Positions 10,738 to 23,461 of a DNA stretch of 64,000 nucleotides are shown here, one piece after another. Below the pieces are notes generated by a model. It was given only the letters and a program-made list of their open reading frames with translations. It had not been told where the DNA came from and made no database searches. The translations under genes and the position numbers were made by a program. Each line of letters begins with the position of its first letter. The stretch's first letter is position 1. The DNA comes from Candidatus Eiseniibacteriota bacterium (GTDB lineage Bacteria; Eisenbacteria; RBG-16-71-46), in contig CAVZLN010000009.1 in NCBI GenBank assembly GCA_963776245.1, positions 160,001 to 224,000 on the forward strand, written 5' to 3'.

Positions 10738-13707
10738 ATGACCGCTCCCGCCCACCCGGTCGCGACCGGCGCGGCCGACGCCGCCCTCGAGGGTCTCAAC
10801 GACGAGCAGCGCGCGGCCGTCACCCACGGCGAGGGGCCGCTGCTCATCGTCGCCGGGGCCGGCACCGGCAAGACCGCGGTCATCACCCGCCGCATCGCGT
10901 GGCTCATCGCCACCAAGCGCGCGCGGCCCGACGAGATCCTCGCCCTCACCTTCACCGACAAGGCCGCGGCCGAGATGGAGTCGCGGGTGGACGTGCTGGT
11001 GCCCTACGGCTACGTCGGCGCCACCCTCTCGACCTTCCACGCCTTCTGCGATCGCATGGTGCGCGAACACGCGGTGGAGCTCGGGCTCACCTCCCAGCTG
11101 CACGTGGGCACGCGTGCCGACATGCTGGTGTTCCTGCGCGAGCGCCTGTTCGATCTCGGGCTGAAGCGCTACCTGCCGCTGGGCGACCCCGACCGCCATC
11201 TCGACGCGCTGCTGTCGGTGTTCGACCGCGCGCGCGACGAGGACGTCTCGCCCGAGCGGTACCAGGCGTTCGCGCAGGCGCTCGCCGGGTCGGCCGGCGG
11301 CGACGAGGACCGCGATCGCGCCGAGGCCGAGCTGGAGAAGGCGCGGGCGTACGGCGCCTACCAGCAGATGCTGGTCCGCCACGGGCGTGTGGATTTCGGC
11401 TCGCAGATCTCGCTCGCGCTGCGCCTGCTCCGCGAGCGGCCCTACCTGCGGCGCGAGTACCAGGAACGCTTCCGCTACCTGCTGGTGGACGAGTTCCAGG
11501 ACACCAATCACGTGCAGTTCGAGCTGGTGAAGCTGCTCGCGGGGGGCGCGCCCGGGGCCCGCGGGCCGCACAACCTCACCGTGGTGGGCGACGACGACCA
11601 GAGCATCTACCGCTTCCGCGGCGCCAAGGTCGAGAACCTGCTGGGCTTCCTCGACGCCTTCCCCGGCACGCGCGTGGTGCTGTTGCGCCGCAACTACCGC
11701 TCGGGGCAGCGCATCCTCGACCTCGCCCACCGCATGGTGCGCTTCAACGACCCGGCGCGGCTCGAGTGTCACGACCCCGAGCGCTTCGACAAGCGCCTGA
11801 TCGCCGCGCGCGACATCGCGGGCGAGGTGGAGCACCTGCCGGCGGCCACCGCGAGCGACGAGGTCGACCTCGTCACCGCGCGCATCGCCGACGCCATCGC
11901 GGCGGGCGAGCACGCCGCGCGCGACTTCGCCATCCTCGCGCGGACCCACGCCCATCTCGATGGCTTCGCGCTCGCGCTCCAGTCCCGCGGGGTGCGCTTC
12001 CAGCGCTCCACGCAGCGCGGGCTCTACCGGCGGCCCGAGGTCATGCTGTGCCTCAACGTGCTGCGGACCCTCACCGACCCGGATGACGGGCCCGCCGCCT
12101 ACGCGGTGCTCGGCGACCCGCTCGTGGGCATGGACGCGCTCGACCTCGCGCGCCTCGCGGCACGCTCCCGGCGCACCCACCGCGCGCTGCTGCGCGTCGC
12201 CGGCGAGGCGGCGGCCGATCCCGGGAGCGACCTCGACGCGCGCTCGCGCGACGGGGCGCGCCGCTACCTCGCGCTCCACGCCGACCTCGCCCAGCGCGCG
12301 CTGAGCCGCCCGACTTCCGAGGTGCTCTACGCCTTCGTGAGCGAGAGCGGGTTGCTGGCGCGACTCTCCGCGGCGGAGACCGCCGAGGCCGCGGAACAGG
12401 TCCAGAACCTCAACAAGCTGTTCGGCATCGTGGGCCGGGTCGGTCCGCTGCTGCGGATCGACCGGGTGCCGCACTTCATGACCCACCTCGACCTGCTGAT
12501 CGAGGCCGGGGACGACCCGGCGGTCGCCGCCACCGAGAGCGACGAGGACGCGGTGCAGTTGCTCACCGCGCACAACGCCAAGGGGCTCGAGTTCCCGGTG
12601 GTGTTCATGGTGCAGCTGGTGGAGGGGCGCTTCCCGCTCACCGCGCGGGCCAGCGCGCTCGAGCTGCCCGCCGAGCTCCACCACGGCGGCGACGCCCGCA
12701 CCGAGCACGAGCGCGAGGAGCGGCGGCTGTTCTACGTCGGCATGACGCGCGCGCGCGACCGGCTGGTGTTCACCCACGCGGAGGACTACGGCGGCAAGCG
12801 CACCCGCAAGACCAGCCGCTTCGTGGTCGAGGCGCTCGACCTGCCGAGCCCGCCCAAGGCCCGCCGGACCGCGACCGCGCTCGAGTCGATCGCGCGCTAT
12901 GCCCCGGTGGCCGAGCCGCCCGCCGTGCCGCCGGCGCCGATCCCCGACGATCAGCCGCTCGAGCTCTCGCACGGCCAGATCGACGACTGGCTCACCTGCC
13001 CGCTCAAGTACAAGTTCGCCCACGTCGTGCAGGTGCCGCTGGCGAGCGACCACCAGGTGATGTACGGCGTGGCGATGCACCACGCCATCCGGGTGTTCCA
13101 CCAGCACCGCATGAAGGGCCTGCCCATCACGGCCGACGACGTGGTGGCGGCGCTCGAGGGCGCCTGGTCGAGCGAGGGGTTCTACTCGCGCGAGCACGAG
13201 GAGCGCCGGCTCGAGGAGGGCCGGGCGGCCCTGCGGCGCTTCGTCGCGCGCGAGGAGGCCTCGCGCCGGCTGCCCCTGGCGGTCGAGCTCGACTTCCGCT
13301 TCCGCCTCGGGCGCGACCTGGTGCGCGGCCGCTGGGACCGGGTCGACGAGCGGGACGGCGGGATCGTGCTGGTGGACTACAAGACCTCCGAGGTGGACGA
13401 CCGGGAGAAGGCGACCGAGCGCGCGCAGGCGAGCCTCAAGGAGGAGCAGCTCGGTCTCTACGCGCTCGCCTACGCCGAGACCCGGCAGGTGGTGCCGAAG
13501 CGCGTGCAGCTGCACTTCGTCGGCAGTGGCATCAGCGGGGAGGCGGAGGTGGCGCCGAAGCACCTCGACCAGGCGCGCGAGCGCATCGAACGGGCCGCGG
13601 CCGGCATCCGGGCGGCCCACTTCGATCCGACGCCCGACCAGCGCAACTGCGGGTACTGTCCGTACCGGAGCTTCTGCCGGCACAGCGCCGCGCGGGGGAA
13701 TCCGTGA
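10738..13707 (+). CDS. UvrD/PcrA-family helicase fused to a C-terminal PD-(D/E)XK (RecB/AdnB-like) nuclease with Fe-S cysteines
   Basis: LNDEQ, AGAGTGKT, LVDEFQD, VGDDDQSIYRFRGA, NYRS, TAHNAKGLEF and EERRLFYVGMTRA. Nuclease motifs GRWDRVD and VDYKT. Cysteines in TCPL and CGYCPYRSFC. Confidence 0.92.
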   Translation: MTAPAHPVATGAADAALEGLNDEQRAAVTHGEGPLLIVAGAGTGKTAVITRRIAWLIATKRARPDEILALTFTDKAAAEMESRVDVLVPYGYVGATLSTFHAFCDRMVREHAVELGLTSQLHVGTRADMLVFLRERLFDLGLKRYLPLGDPDRHLDALLSVFDRARDEDVSPERYQAFAQALAGSAGGDEDRDRAEAELEKARAYGAYQQMLVRHGRVDFGSQISLALRLLRERPYLRREYQERFRYLLVDEFQDTNHVQFELVKLLAGGAPGARGPHNLTVVGDDDQSIYRFRGAKVENLLGFLDAFPGTRVVLLRRNYRSGQRILDLAHRMVRFNDPARLECHDPERFDKRLIAARDIAGEVEHLPAATASDEVDLVTARIADAIAAGEHAARDFAILARTHAHLDGFALALQSRGVRFQRSTQRGLYRRPEVMLCLNVLRTLTDPDDGPAAYAVLGDPLVGMDALDLARLAARSRRTHRALLRVAGEAAADPGSDLDARSRDGARRYLALHADLAQRALSRPTSEVLYAFVSESGLLARLSAAETAEAAEQVQNLNKLFGIVGRVGPLLRIDRVPHFMTHLDLLIEAGDDPAVAATESDEDAVQLLTAHNAKGLEFPVVFMVQLVEGRFPLTARASALELPAELHHGGDARTEHEREERRLFYVGMTRARDRLVFTHAEDYGGKRTRKTSRFVVEALDLPSPPKARRTATALESIARYAPVAEPPAVPPAPIPDDQPLELSHGQIDDWLTCPLKYKFAHVVQVPLASDHQVMYGVAMHHAIRVFHQHRMKGLPITADDVVAALEGAWSSEGFYSREHEERRLEEGRAALRRFVAREEASRRLPLAVELDFRFRLGRDLVRGRWDRVDERDGGIVLVDYKTSEVDDREKATERAQASLKEEQLGLYALAYAETRQVVPKRVQLHFVGSGISGEAEVAPKHLDQARERIERAAAGIRAAHFDPTPDQRNCGYCPYRSFCRHSAARGNP

Positions 13708-14531
13708 ACGACCGCGATCCGCTCCTGCTGCGCGACGCCGCCGCCGCGTTCGCGCGCGAGGCCGGCGCCCTGGTGCGGCAGGGCTACGGCACCGTGCACG
13801 CACCCGAGCGCAAAGGGCGCATCGACCTGGTGACCGAGTACGACCGGCGCTCCGAGGCCCTGCTGCTCGAACGCATCACCGCGCGCTTCCCCGGCCACGC
13901 GGTGCTCGCCGAGGAGTCGGGCACACGCCCCGGGGACCCCGTCGCCGGCGGCGTGCGCTGGATCGTGGACCCGCTCGACGGCACCACGAACTTCGCGCAC
14001 AACTACCCGTTCTTCGCCGTCTCGGTGGGCGTCGAGGTGGACGGCGAGCTGGCCGCCGGAGCGGTGTTCGATCCGGTGCGCGGCGAGCTGTTCGCCGCCG
14101 CCGCGGGGCACGGCGCGACCCTCGACGGCACCCCCATCCGGGTCTCGCCGGTCGCCACGATCGAGGACGCGCTGCTGGTCACCGGATTCCCGTACGACGT
14201 GCGCGAGCACCCCGAGCGCCACCTGCCGCAGTTCCAGGCGTTCCTGGTGCGCGCCCAGGGCATCCGGCGCGACGGCTCCGCCGCCCTCAATCTCTGCTAC
14301 CTCGCGATGGGGCGCTTCGACGGCTTCTGGGAGGGCAGCCTGGCGCCGTGGGACGTGGCCGCGGGCGCGCTCATCGTGCGCGAGGCGGGCGGGCGGGTCA
14401 CCGACCCCGCGGGCGGCCCGTTCCACCTCGACGGGCGCCGCATCCTCGCCACCAACGGCCGGCTCCACGCGGCCATGATGGAGGTGCTCGCGGCGGCCGC
14501 GCCCGGCACCCCCGGAGCGCCACGCCCGTGA
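13704..14531 (+). CDS. suhB: Inositol monophosphatase family protein
   Basis: DLVTEYD, AEE, WIVDPLDGTTNFAH, GSAAL and WDVAAG. The GTG start overlaps the upstream stop. Confidence 0.9.
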   Translation: MNDRDPLLLRDAAAAFAREAGALVRQGYGTVHAPERKGRIDLVTEYDRRSEALLLERITARFPGHAVLAEESGTRPGDPVAGGVRWIVDPLDGTTNFAHNYPFFAVSVGVEVDGELAAGAVFDPVRGELFAAAAGHGATLDGTPIRVSPVATIEDALLVTGFPYDVREHPERHLPQFQAFLVRAQGIRRDGSAALNLCYLAMGRFDGFWEGSLAPWDVAAGALIVREAGGRVTDPAGGPFHLDGRRILATNGRLHAAMMEVLAAAAPGTPGAPRP

Positions 14532-15181
14532 GCCTGTGGAGACGCATCTTCGGGGGCCGCGGCGCCACGCTGCCCCCGCCGCGCTGGATCCCGGCCGAGG
14601 AGTCACCGTTCGGCATCGAGGTGCTCGACTGCCGCGGCCTGTCCGAGTCGGCGCGCGCCGGCACGGTCTCGCCCGAAGCCGAGGCGCGCTTCGCCGCGCT
14701 GCGGAACGACCCGGGCGAGGCGCATCGCGGCACCGTGCCCCAGCCTCCGATGACACTCGATTGCCGCCTCGAGTACCCGATGGCCTCCCCGCTCGCCGAA
14801 GGCGTGCTGTTCCGCGCCACCCGCACCGACGAGAAGTGGGACCTGTTCCACTTCGAGGACTCGCTGTTCTGCGTGCGCAGCGCGAACGGGACGCTCGAGT
14901 ACCGCGCCGCGCTGGCGTTCCCGCCCGGCCGGCTGCGCATCGCGCGGGTGAGCGCGCGCGCCGAGCTGGCGCAGGCCGAGCCCGCGTACGTCATCGCCGC
15001 GGTGGACTTCCTGGTGCGCACGCACGTGCTGGGGCTGGAGGCGGCACACCCGCTGCCGGCCGCGGCGCAGGGCTCGCCGGAGGAACTGGCGCTCCTGTCG
15101 TGGCGCCAGCACGGACACTTCGCGAGGTTCGGCGCCTACGCCGACACCAGCGCGCTGCCGCTCGAGCGTCCGGAGGAGTGA
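14528..15181 (+). CDS. Hypothetical protein (~217 aa)
   Basis: GTG start overlaps the suhB stop (GTGA). The C-terminal part of ORF 13526..15181 has protein-like composition (ESPFGIEVLDCR, DEKWDLF). Confidence 0.65.
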   Translation: MSLWRRIFGGRGATLPPPRWIPAEESPFGIEVLDCRGLSESARAGTVSPEAEARFAALRNDPGEAHRGTVPQPPMTLDCRLEYPMASPLAEGVLFRATRTDEKWDLFHFEDSLFCVRSANGTLEYRAALAFPPGRLRIARVSARAELAQAEPAYVIAAVDFLVRTHVLGLEAAHPLPAAAQGSPEELALLSWRQHGHFARFGAYADTSALPLERPEE

Positions 15182-15187
15182 GGCGGG

Positions 15188-15589
15188 CTAGGCCGCGGCG
15201 CGCGGGTGGCGCTTGCCCAGCCGGACGCGGATACGATCCACCAGATCGCGCATGTCGTAGGGCTTGGTCACGAACGCGTCGGCGCCCATGTCGCGCGCCA
15301 GCTTGCGGTCCTGTTCGCCCGAGCGCGCCGACAGGATGATGATCGGGATGGCCCGGTAGCGCTCGTCGAACTTGAGCGCGCGGCACACCTGGTAGCCGTC
15401 CATCTTGGGCAGCATCAGGTCGAGCACGATGAGGTCGGGCCGCTGGTCGCGCGCGCACCTCAGGCCCTCTTCGCCGTCGAAGGCGCTCACCACCTCGAAG
15501 CCCTCGACCTGCAGACCGAAGCGCAACACCGACACCAGGTCCACCTCGTCGTCGACGATCAGGATCTTGGCTGGATGTCCGGACATCAT
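15188..15589 (-). CDS. Single-domain response regulator
   Basis: KILIVDDE, PDLIVLDLMLPKMDG, LSA and GADAFVTKP. Confidence 0.92.
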   Translation of the reverse strand: MMSGHPAKILIVDDEVDLVSVLRFGLQVEGFEVVSAFDGEEGLRCARDQRPDLIVLDLMLPKMDGYQVCRALKFDERYRAIPIIILSARSGEQDRKLARDMGADAFVTKPYDMRDLVDRIRVRLGKRHPRAAA

Positions 15590-15696
15590 GTCCTCGCGCG
15601 AGTAATCACGGGATCCCCACGGAGGTTATCGGTGCGCGCCCGCCGGGACATGAGCGGGAATCCGGCGACCGGGGCCCCGCGGCGCCGGGTGGCGGT

Positions 15697-17619
15697 TCAG
15701 CGACCGAGGGCCGTGGGCTCGTCCCGGGTGAACTCCGCGCGGCCCTTCGCCACCGCCCCGGACACCAGGTCGCGCACCTGGACCTCGAGCCGGTAGCGGC
15801 CCGCGGGCAGACCCTGCACCGGCACGCTCACGAACTGCCGCCGCACATCGCCCACGAACGCCTCCTCGCGGCTCGCCTCGATCGGCGCGGGCACCGGACG
15901 CGGCGCGAAGGCGCGCTGGATCCACACGCGCTCGTCGCGGGCGGCCGAGCGCACGCTGTACACGTACTCGAAGCGCGACTGCTGGTCGGCGCCCGGCTGC
16001 AGGCGGTAGGCCTCGAAGTAGGCGGTCAGCGGCTGCCCCGCCGGCACGTGGGCGCCGGGATTGGGCGCGATCCGCACCGGGGCGCCCGTCAGCAGGTCGG
16101 GGGCGCCGCACGAGATCACGATGTCGCTGAGGGCGAGCGCGCCGTCCGGGACCGGCAGGTCGACCTGCCGCCGGATCACCCCGCGCCGCGCGCCGCCGCG
16201 CACCGAGAGCCCGACGCGGTAGCGACCGGGCGGCAGGTCGGCTGCGAACTCGGCGACGCGGCGCACCGCGGGGTCGCACGCCGAGGGCGTGAGCGAGCGC
16301 TGCGCGCGTGCCCGCTCCACGCCCAGCGAGTCGAACACCGCCCACTCCGCGACCAGCGCCTCGCCGGGCGTGCCCGCGACCTCGACCTGGGCCAGCACCC
16401 GGGTCCCGCCCGGCCCCTCGAAGCGCGCCACCCTCCCGTCCACCGGTATCGGCTTCACACCCGGCGGCAGCACCGGGAACACCCCGCGTCCGCCGGCCGA
16501 GGCGAAGGCGTCGCCGTGGCGCGCCAGCGAGTCGGGATCGGGCCTCGGATCGGGGTCGTAGGCGCGCGCGATCGGCAGCAGGTAGTACTCGGACAGCATC
16601 CGGTCCTGCATCTCCACCGCCATGCCGAGCTCGGGGTACTCCCACACCAGCACGTTCATCGGCATCGCGCCGAAGGTGCCGAGGCCGGTGGTCAGCGGCG
16701 TGCCGAGCGGGTTGTACTCCGCGCGCTGCGGCGCGCCGTAGCGCACGTACACCTCGCCCCGCTCGTCCCACTCGCGGCGGCGTGCGTTGTAGTACAGGAA
16801 GTAGGCGTGCGTGACCCGCGACCAGTATTCGAGCTGAGCCTCGTTCTCGGGACTGGTGGGATCGGGGTCGTGCTCGCTCCAGAAGCGCCGCACGAACGCC
16901 GCCTGCTGGTCCGGGGCGAGCCGATGGAGGGTCACCGTGTCCTCCTCGGTCGCCACTGGCGCGATGTCGTCGAAGCGTTCGCGCGCGGTGCGCGGCAGCA
17001 GCGGGATGGCGCGGCGGAAGCCCTGCTCGGCGCGTTCCAGGCCCCCGCGCCGATAGGAGGTGTACGCCACCGCCAGTTCGCACTCGGGCCGGTCCGGCGC
17101 CGCCTCCAGCGCGCGTTCCGCGGCGGCGGCCGCCGCCCGCAGGTTCTCCTGCTCGACCAGCAGCGGGGTGAGCATGAGCCACGCCTCCGGGCTCTGCGGG
17201 CTGAGCCGCGCGGCCGCCGAGAAGTTCTGCACCGCGAGGTCGAGCGAGCGGGTCTCGAGGTACTTGAGCCAGTCGCGCCGCCAGACCTGCCCGAGCCCGA
17301 AGCGCGCGGCAGCGTCCTGAGGACTCATGCGGGCGGCCCGCTCGAAGCGCTGGCGCGCGCGCTTGAGGAACCCCGACTGGTAGTACACCCGCGCCAGCAT
17401 GAGTTCCGCGTTCGCGTCGCCGGGGCGCAGGAGCGTGGCCTGCTCGAGGCAGGCGATGGCGATGCGGCGGGTCTCGATGGTGTTGCGCCGCAGCATCTGC
17501 TCGGCGCGCGCGCACAGCGAATCGGCCTCGGCCGTCCGGCCATGCTGCGCGGCGCGCGCCGGCGGGGCGAGGACGAGGAGGAGGACAGCGGCGATGGCGA
17601 GCGGTGCCGTTGGGCGCAT
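15697..17619 (-). CDS. Secreted TPR + GWxTD-domain protein
   Basis: Signal peptide from MRPTAPLA and TPR-like helices. FW..HDPDPTSPENE...YWSRV...WDERGEVYVRYGAP matches the GWxTD domain pattern. Ig-like C-terminus (PAGRYRLEVQVRD). Confidence 0.78.
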   Translation of the reverse strand: MRPTAPLAIAAVLLLVLAPPARAAQHGRTAEADSLCARAEQMLRRNTIETRRIAIACLEQATLLRPGDANAELMLARVYYQSGFLKRARQRFERAARMSPQDAAARFGLGQVWRRDWLKYLETRSLDLAVQNFSAAARLSPQSPEAWLMLTPLLVEQENLRAAAAAAERALEAAPDRPECELAVAYTSYRRGGLERAEQGFRRAIPLLPRTARERFDDIAPVATEEDTVTLHRLAPDQQAAFVRRFWSEHDPDPTSPENEAQLEYWSRVTHAYFLYYNARRREWDERGEVYVRYGAPQRAEYNPLGTPLTTGLGTFGAMPMNVLVWEYPELGMAVEMQDRMLSEYYLLPIARAYDPDPRPDPDSLARHGDAFASAGGRGVFPVLPPGVKPIPVDGRVARFEGPGGTRVLAQVEVAGTPGEALVAEWAVFDSLGVERARAQRSLTPSACDPAVRRVAEFAADLPPGRYRVGLSVRGGARRGVIRRQVDLPVPDGALALSDIVISCGAPDLLTGAPVRIAPNPGAHVPAGQPLTAYFEAYRLQPGADQQSRFEYVYSVRSAARDERVWIQRAFAPRPVPAPIEASREEAFVGDVRRQFVSVPVQGLPAGRYRLEVQVRDLVSGAVAKGRAEFTRDEPTALGR

Positions 17620-17747
17620 GGAGGGGTCCGGAGTGCCGGTCGGAGCGAGTATCCGGGAGCCGTGCGGTGGATTCAATCCCCAAGATCGTGGCGGCCCGCG
17701 GCGAGGCGCTTGCCGGCGCGCGCGTCGCGCTCCTACCATCGGGGTCC

Positions 17748-20235
<2,488 letters not shown>

Positions 20236-20328
20236 CCGGCTCCGGTCCGATCCCACGGGTGCGGGGTGGAGCCCTTCCACCCCGCACTTCGTTTCTCTCC
20301 CTCCTGCTCGCCCGCCGGAGCTCGCGCG

Positions 20329-23307
20329 ATGAACGGCAGCGGACGCCCATCCCCGTCCCCCGACCTCGGAAGCCTGCCGGGCTTCCACGGCCTGATGCCC
20401 TGGCGCGTGCACGACATCCTGCTGGTGTCGAGCCTCTACGACGCGTTCACGCTGCAGGAGGACGGGCGGCTGAACGAGCTGGTGATGTCGGAGTTCCTCG
20501 ACCTCAACCTGCACCACACGCCCGGGATCACCCACGTCTCGAGCGGCGCCGAGGCGCTCGCCCTGGCGAGGTCCCAGCGGCGGTTCAACCTCATCATCAC
20601 CACCCCCAACCTGGGGGATATGGACGCCGCCGCGCTCGCCCACGAGGTCCAGGCCGCGGGGCTCGACGCGCCGGTCGTGGTGCTCGCCTACGACAGCCGC
20701 GAGCTGAAGGACTTCGTGGCGCGTCATGCCGGTTCCAAGGTGGACCGCGCGTTCCAGTGGCAGGGGGACGCGCGGATCCTGATCGCCATCGTGAAGTACA
20801 TCGAGGACCAGAAGAACGTCGCGCACGACACCGCGGCGACCGGCGTGCGTGTCATCCTGCTGGTCGAGGACAGCATCCGGTACTACTCCTCGTTCCTGCC
20901 GGTGCTCTACAGCGAGCTCATCGACCAGTCCGAGCGCCTCATCGGCGAGGGCGTGAACCTGTCGCACAAGCTGGTGCGCCTGCGCGCGCGGCCCAAGATC
21001 CTGCTGTGCTCGACCTTCGAGGAGGCGTGGACGCGCTTCATCGACTACGGCGCGCACGTGCTGGGGGTGATCGCCGACATCGAGTTCCCGCGCGGCGGCG
21101 CGCTGGCGCCCGACGCGGGATTCGAGCTGGCGCGCATGGTGCGCGAGCAGTCCCCCGACATGCCGCTGCTGCTCCAGTCGAGCCGGCCCGAGAACGAGGC
21201 GCGGGCGCTCGAGGTGGGGGCGTCGTTCCTGCTGAAGGGCAGTCCGACGCTCAATGCCGATCTGCGGCGCTTCATGGTGGAGCAGTTCGCGTTCGGCGAC
21301 TTCGTCTTCCGGCTCCGCGACGGCAGCGAGGCCGGGCGCGCGGTGGACCTGCGCTCGCTCGAGGACAACCTGCGCACCGTGCCGGCCGAGAGCGTCGGCT
21401 ACCACGCCGAGCGCAACCACTTCTCCAACTGGCTGACCGCGCGCACGGAGTTCGGGCTCGCGCGCGCGCTGCGCCCGCGCAAGGTGTCGCACTTCCCGTC
21501 GCTCGAGGACCTGCGCAAGGTGCTGATCGACGCCATCAACGATTACCGCCACGAACAGGGCGAGCTGCTGGTCGGCGACTTCGACCGCGAGGCCTTCGAC
21601 CCGGGGGCGCGGTTCTTCGCTCGCATCGGCAGCGGCTCGCTCGGCGGCAAGGCGCGGGGTCTGGCGTTCGTGCGCCATCTGCTCGGCCTCCACGCCGCGA
21701 ACCGGCGCTTCCCCGGCGTGCGGGTCGGCGTGCCCCCCGCGGTGGTGCTGGCGACCGACGTGTTCGACCGCTTCCTGGCGGAGAACCAGCTGCTCTCGTT
21801 CGCGCTCGACACCACCGACGACGCGCTCATCCTGGCCCGCTTCCTCGCCGCCCGGCTGCCCGACGACCTGATGATGGACCTCTCGGTGCTGCTCGAGGCG
21901 GTGCGCGCGCCGCTCGCGGTGCGCTCCTCGAGCCTGCTCGAGGACTCCCAGTACCAGCCGTTCACCGGGGTGTACGAGACCTTCATGCTGCCCAACAACC
22001 ACCCCGACCTGCGCGAGCGCATGCTCCAGCTGGTGACCGCGATCAAGCGCGTGTACGCCTCGACCTTCTCCCAGCACGCCAAGGCCTACCTGCGGGCCAC
22101 CCCGTTCCGGCTCGAGGAGGAGAAGATGGCGATCGTCATCCAGAAGGTGGTGGGCGCGCCGCACGGGCCGCGCTTCTACCCCGACTTCTCGGGCGTGGCG
22201 CGCTCGCACAACTTCTACCCGACCGCGCCGCTGGCGGCCGAGGATGGCATCGCCGCCGTCGCGCTGGGGCTCGGCCGCACCGTGGTCGAGGGCGAGAAGT
22301 GCCTGGCGTTCTGTCCGCGCCATCCGCACCACCTGGTCCAGTTCTCGTCGGTGCAGGACATGCTGCGGAACTCGCAGCGCCATTTCTGGGCGCTCGAGCT
22401 CGAGCACGGGCACGCCCCGCCCGATCCCGACCGCGCGCTGCGCGAGACGCGCTTCGACCTCGGCCACGCCGAGGCCGATGGCACGCTGGACGCGCTCGCC
22501 TCGACGTACTCGCACGACGACAACGCGGTGCACGACGGCACCGGCCGCGCCGGCGCGCGGCTGGTGTCGTTCGCGCCCATCCTCAAGCACGGCGTGTTCC
22601 CGCTCGCCGGCATCCTCGACCTGCTGCTCGAGATCGGCGCGCGGGGCATGAACAAGCCGGCCGAGATCGAGTTCGCCGTGCGGCTCGCGGCCGCCCCGCC
22701 GGACGAGCACGAGTTCGGCTTCCTGCAGATGCGCCCGCTGGTGATGTCGCACGAGATGGTGGAGCTCGAGCTCGGTGAATTGGACCCCGCGGCGCTGCTG
22801 TGCCGGAGCGTGAAGGTCCTCGGCCACGGCATCGCGGGTGGCCTGCACGACGTGGTGGTGGTGGACTTCCTGCGATTCGACCGGTCGCGCAGCCGCGAGG
22901 CGGCGGCCGCGATCGCGCGCTTCAACGCACGACTGGTCGAGGAGCGTCGTCCCTACCTGCTGGTGGGGGTCGGACGCTGGGGTTCGACCGACCCGTGGCT
23001 CGGCATCCCGGTCACCTGGGACGAGATCTCGGGCGCACGCGTGATCGTCGAGGCCGGGTTCCGCGACTTCCGCGTCACGCCCTCCCAGGGCAGCCACTTC
23101 TTCCAGAACCTGACCTCGTTCCAGGTCGGCTACTTCACCGCGAATCCCGAGCTCGGCGACGGCACCGTGGACTGGGACTGGCTGGCCGCGCAGCCCGCGC
23201 TGGCCGAGTCGGAGCACGTCCGCCACCTGCGTTTCGACCGGCCGCTGGTCGCCAAGATGAACGGCCGCCGCAACGAGGGCGTGGTGTTCAAGCCGGGCGG
23301 CGCGTAG
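20329..23307 (+). CDS. Receiver-domain-containing PEP/pyruvate-binding (PEP synthase/dikinase ATP-grasp) domain protein
   Basis: Receiver-like segments (DILLVSS; VILLVEDS...IADIEFP). ATP-grasp motifs GGKARGL, PLAVRSSSLLED, EIEFA and LQMRP. C-terminal SQGSHFF. Confidence 0.85.
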   Translation: MNGSGRPSPSPDLGSLPGFHGLMPWRVHDILLVSSLYDAFTLQEDGRLNELVMSEFLDLNLHHTPGITHVSSGAEALALARSQRRFNLIITTPNLGDMDAAALAHEVQAAGLDAPVVVLAYDSRELKDFVARHAGSKVDRAFQWQGDARILIAIVKYIEDQKNVAHDTAATGVRVILLVEDSIRYYSSFLPVLYSELIDQSERLIGEGVNLSHKLVRLRARPKILLCSTFEEAWTRFIDYGAHVLGVIADIEFPRGGALAPDAGFELARMVREQSPDMPLLLQSSRPENEARALEVGASFLLKGSPTLNADLRRFMVEQFAFGDFVFRLRDGSEAGRAVDLRSLEDNLRTVPAESVGYHAERNHFSNWLTARTEFGLARALRPRKVSHFPSLEDLRKVLIDAINDYRHEQGELLVGDFDREAFDPGARFFARIGSGSLGGKARGLAFVRHLLGLHAANRRFPGVRVGVPPAVVLATDVFDRFLAENQLLSFALDTTDDALILARFLAARLPDDLMMDLSVLLEAVRAPLAVRSSSLLEDSQYQPFTGVYETFMLPNNHPDLRERMLQLVTAIKRVYASTFSQHAKAYLRATPFRLEEEKMAIVIQKVVGAPHGPRFYPDFSGVARSHNFYPTAPLAAEDGIAAVALGLGRTVVEGEKCLAFCPRHPHHLVQFSSVQDMLRNSQRHFWALELEHGHAPPDPDRALRETRFDLGHAEADGTLDALASTYSHDDNAVHDGTGRAGARLVSFAPILKHGVFPLAGILDLLLEIGARGMNKPAEIEFAVRLAAAPPDEHEFGFLQMRPLVMSHEMVELELGELDPAALLCRSVKVLGHGIAGGLHDVVVVDFLRFDRSRSREAAAAIARFNARLVEERRPYLLVGVGRWGSTDPWLGIPVTWDEISGARVIVEAGFRDFRVTPSQGSHFFQNLTSFQVGYFTANPELGDGTVDWDWLAAQPALAESEHVRHLRFDRPLVAKMNGRRNEGVVFKPGGA

Positions 23308-23368
23308 GCGACGCCCGGCACTCCCCGGGCGGCGCGTAGGCGACGCCCGGCACTCCCCGGGCGGCGCG
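23293..23368. repeat. 32-bp tandem repeat (~2.4 copies), each unit a GC hairpin, spanning the upstream stop codon
   Basis: Unit CCGGGCGGCGCGTAGGCGACGCCCGGCACTCC starts at 23293 and 23325, with a partial copy at 23357. CCGGGCG and CGCCCGG are inverted arms. Confidence 0.85.
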
Positions 23369-23461
23369 CGGGCGGGCTCGGGCGCGCCGGGAGGGCGGTT
23401 CTCCCGCGTTCATCCACGCGCCGTGGACGGGCCGCGGCGCACCCTCTATATTGCTCCGCCT

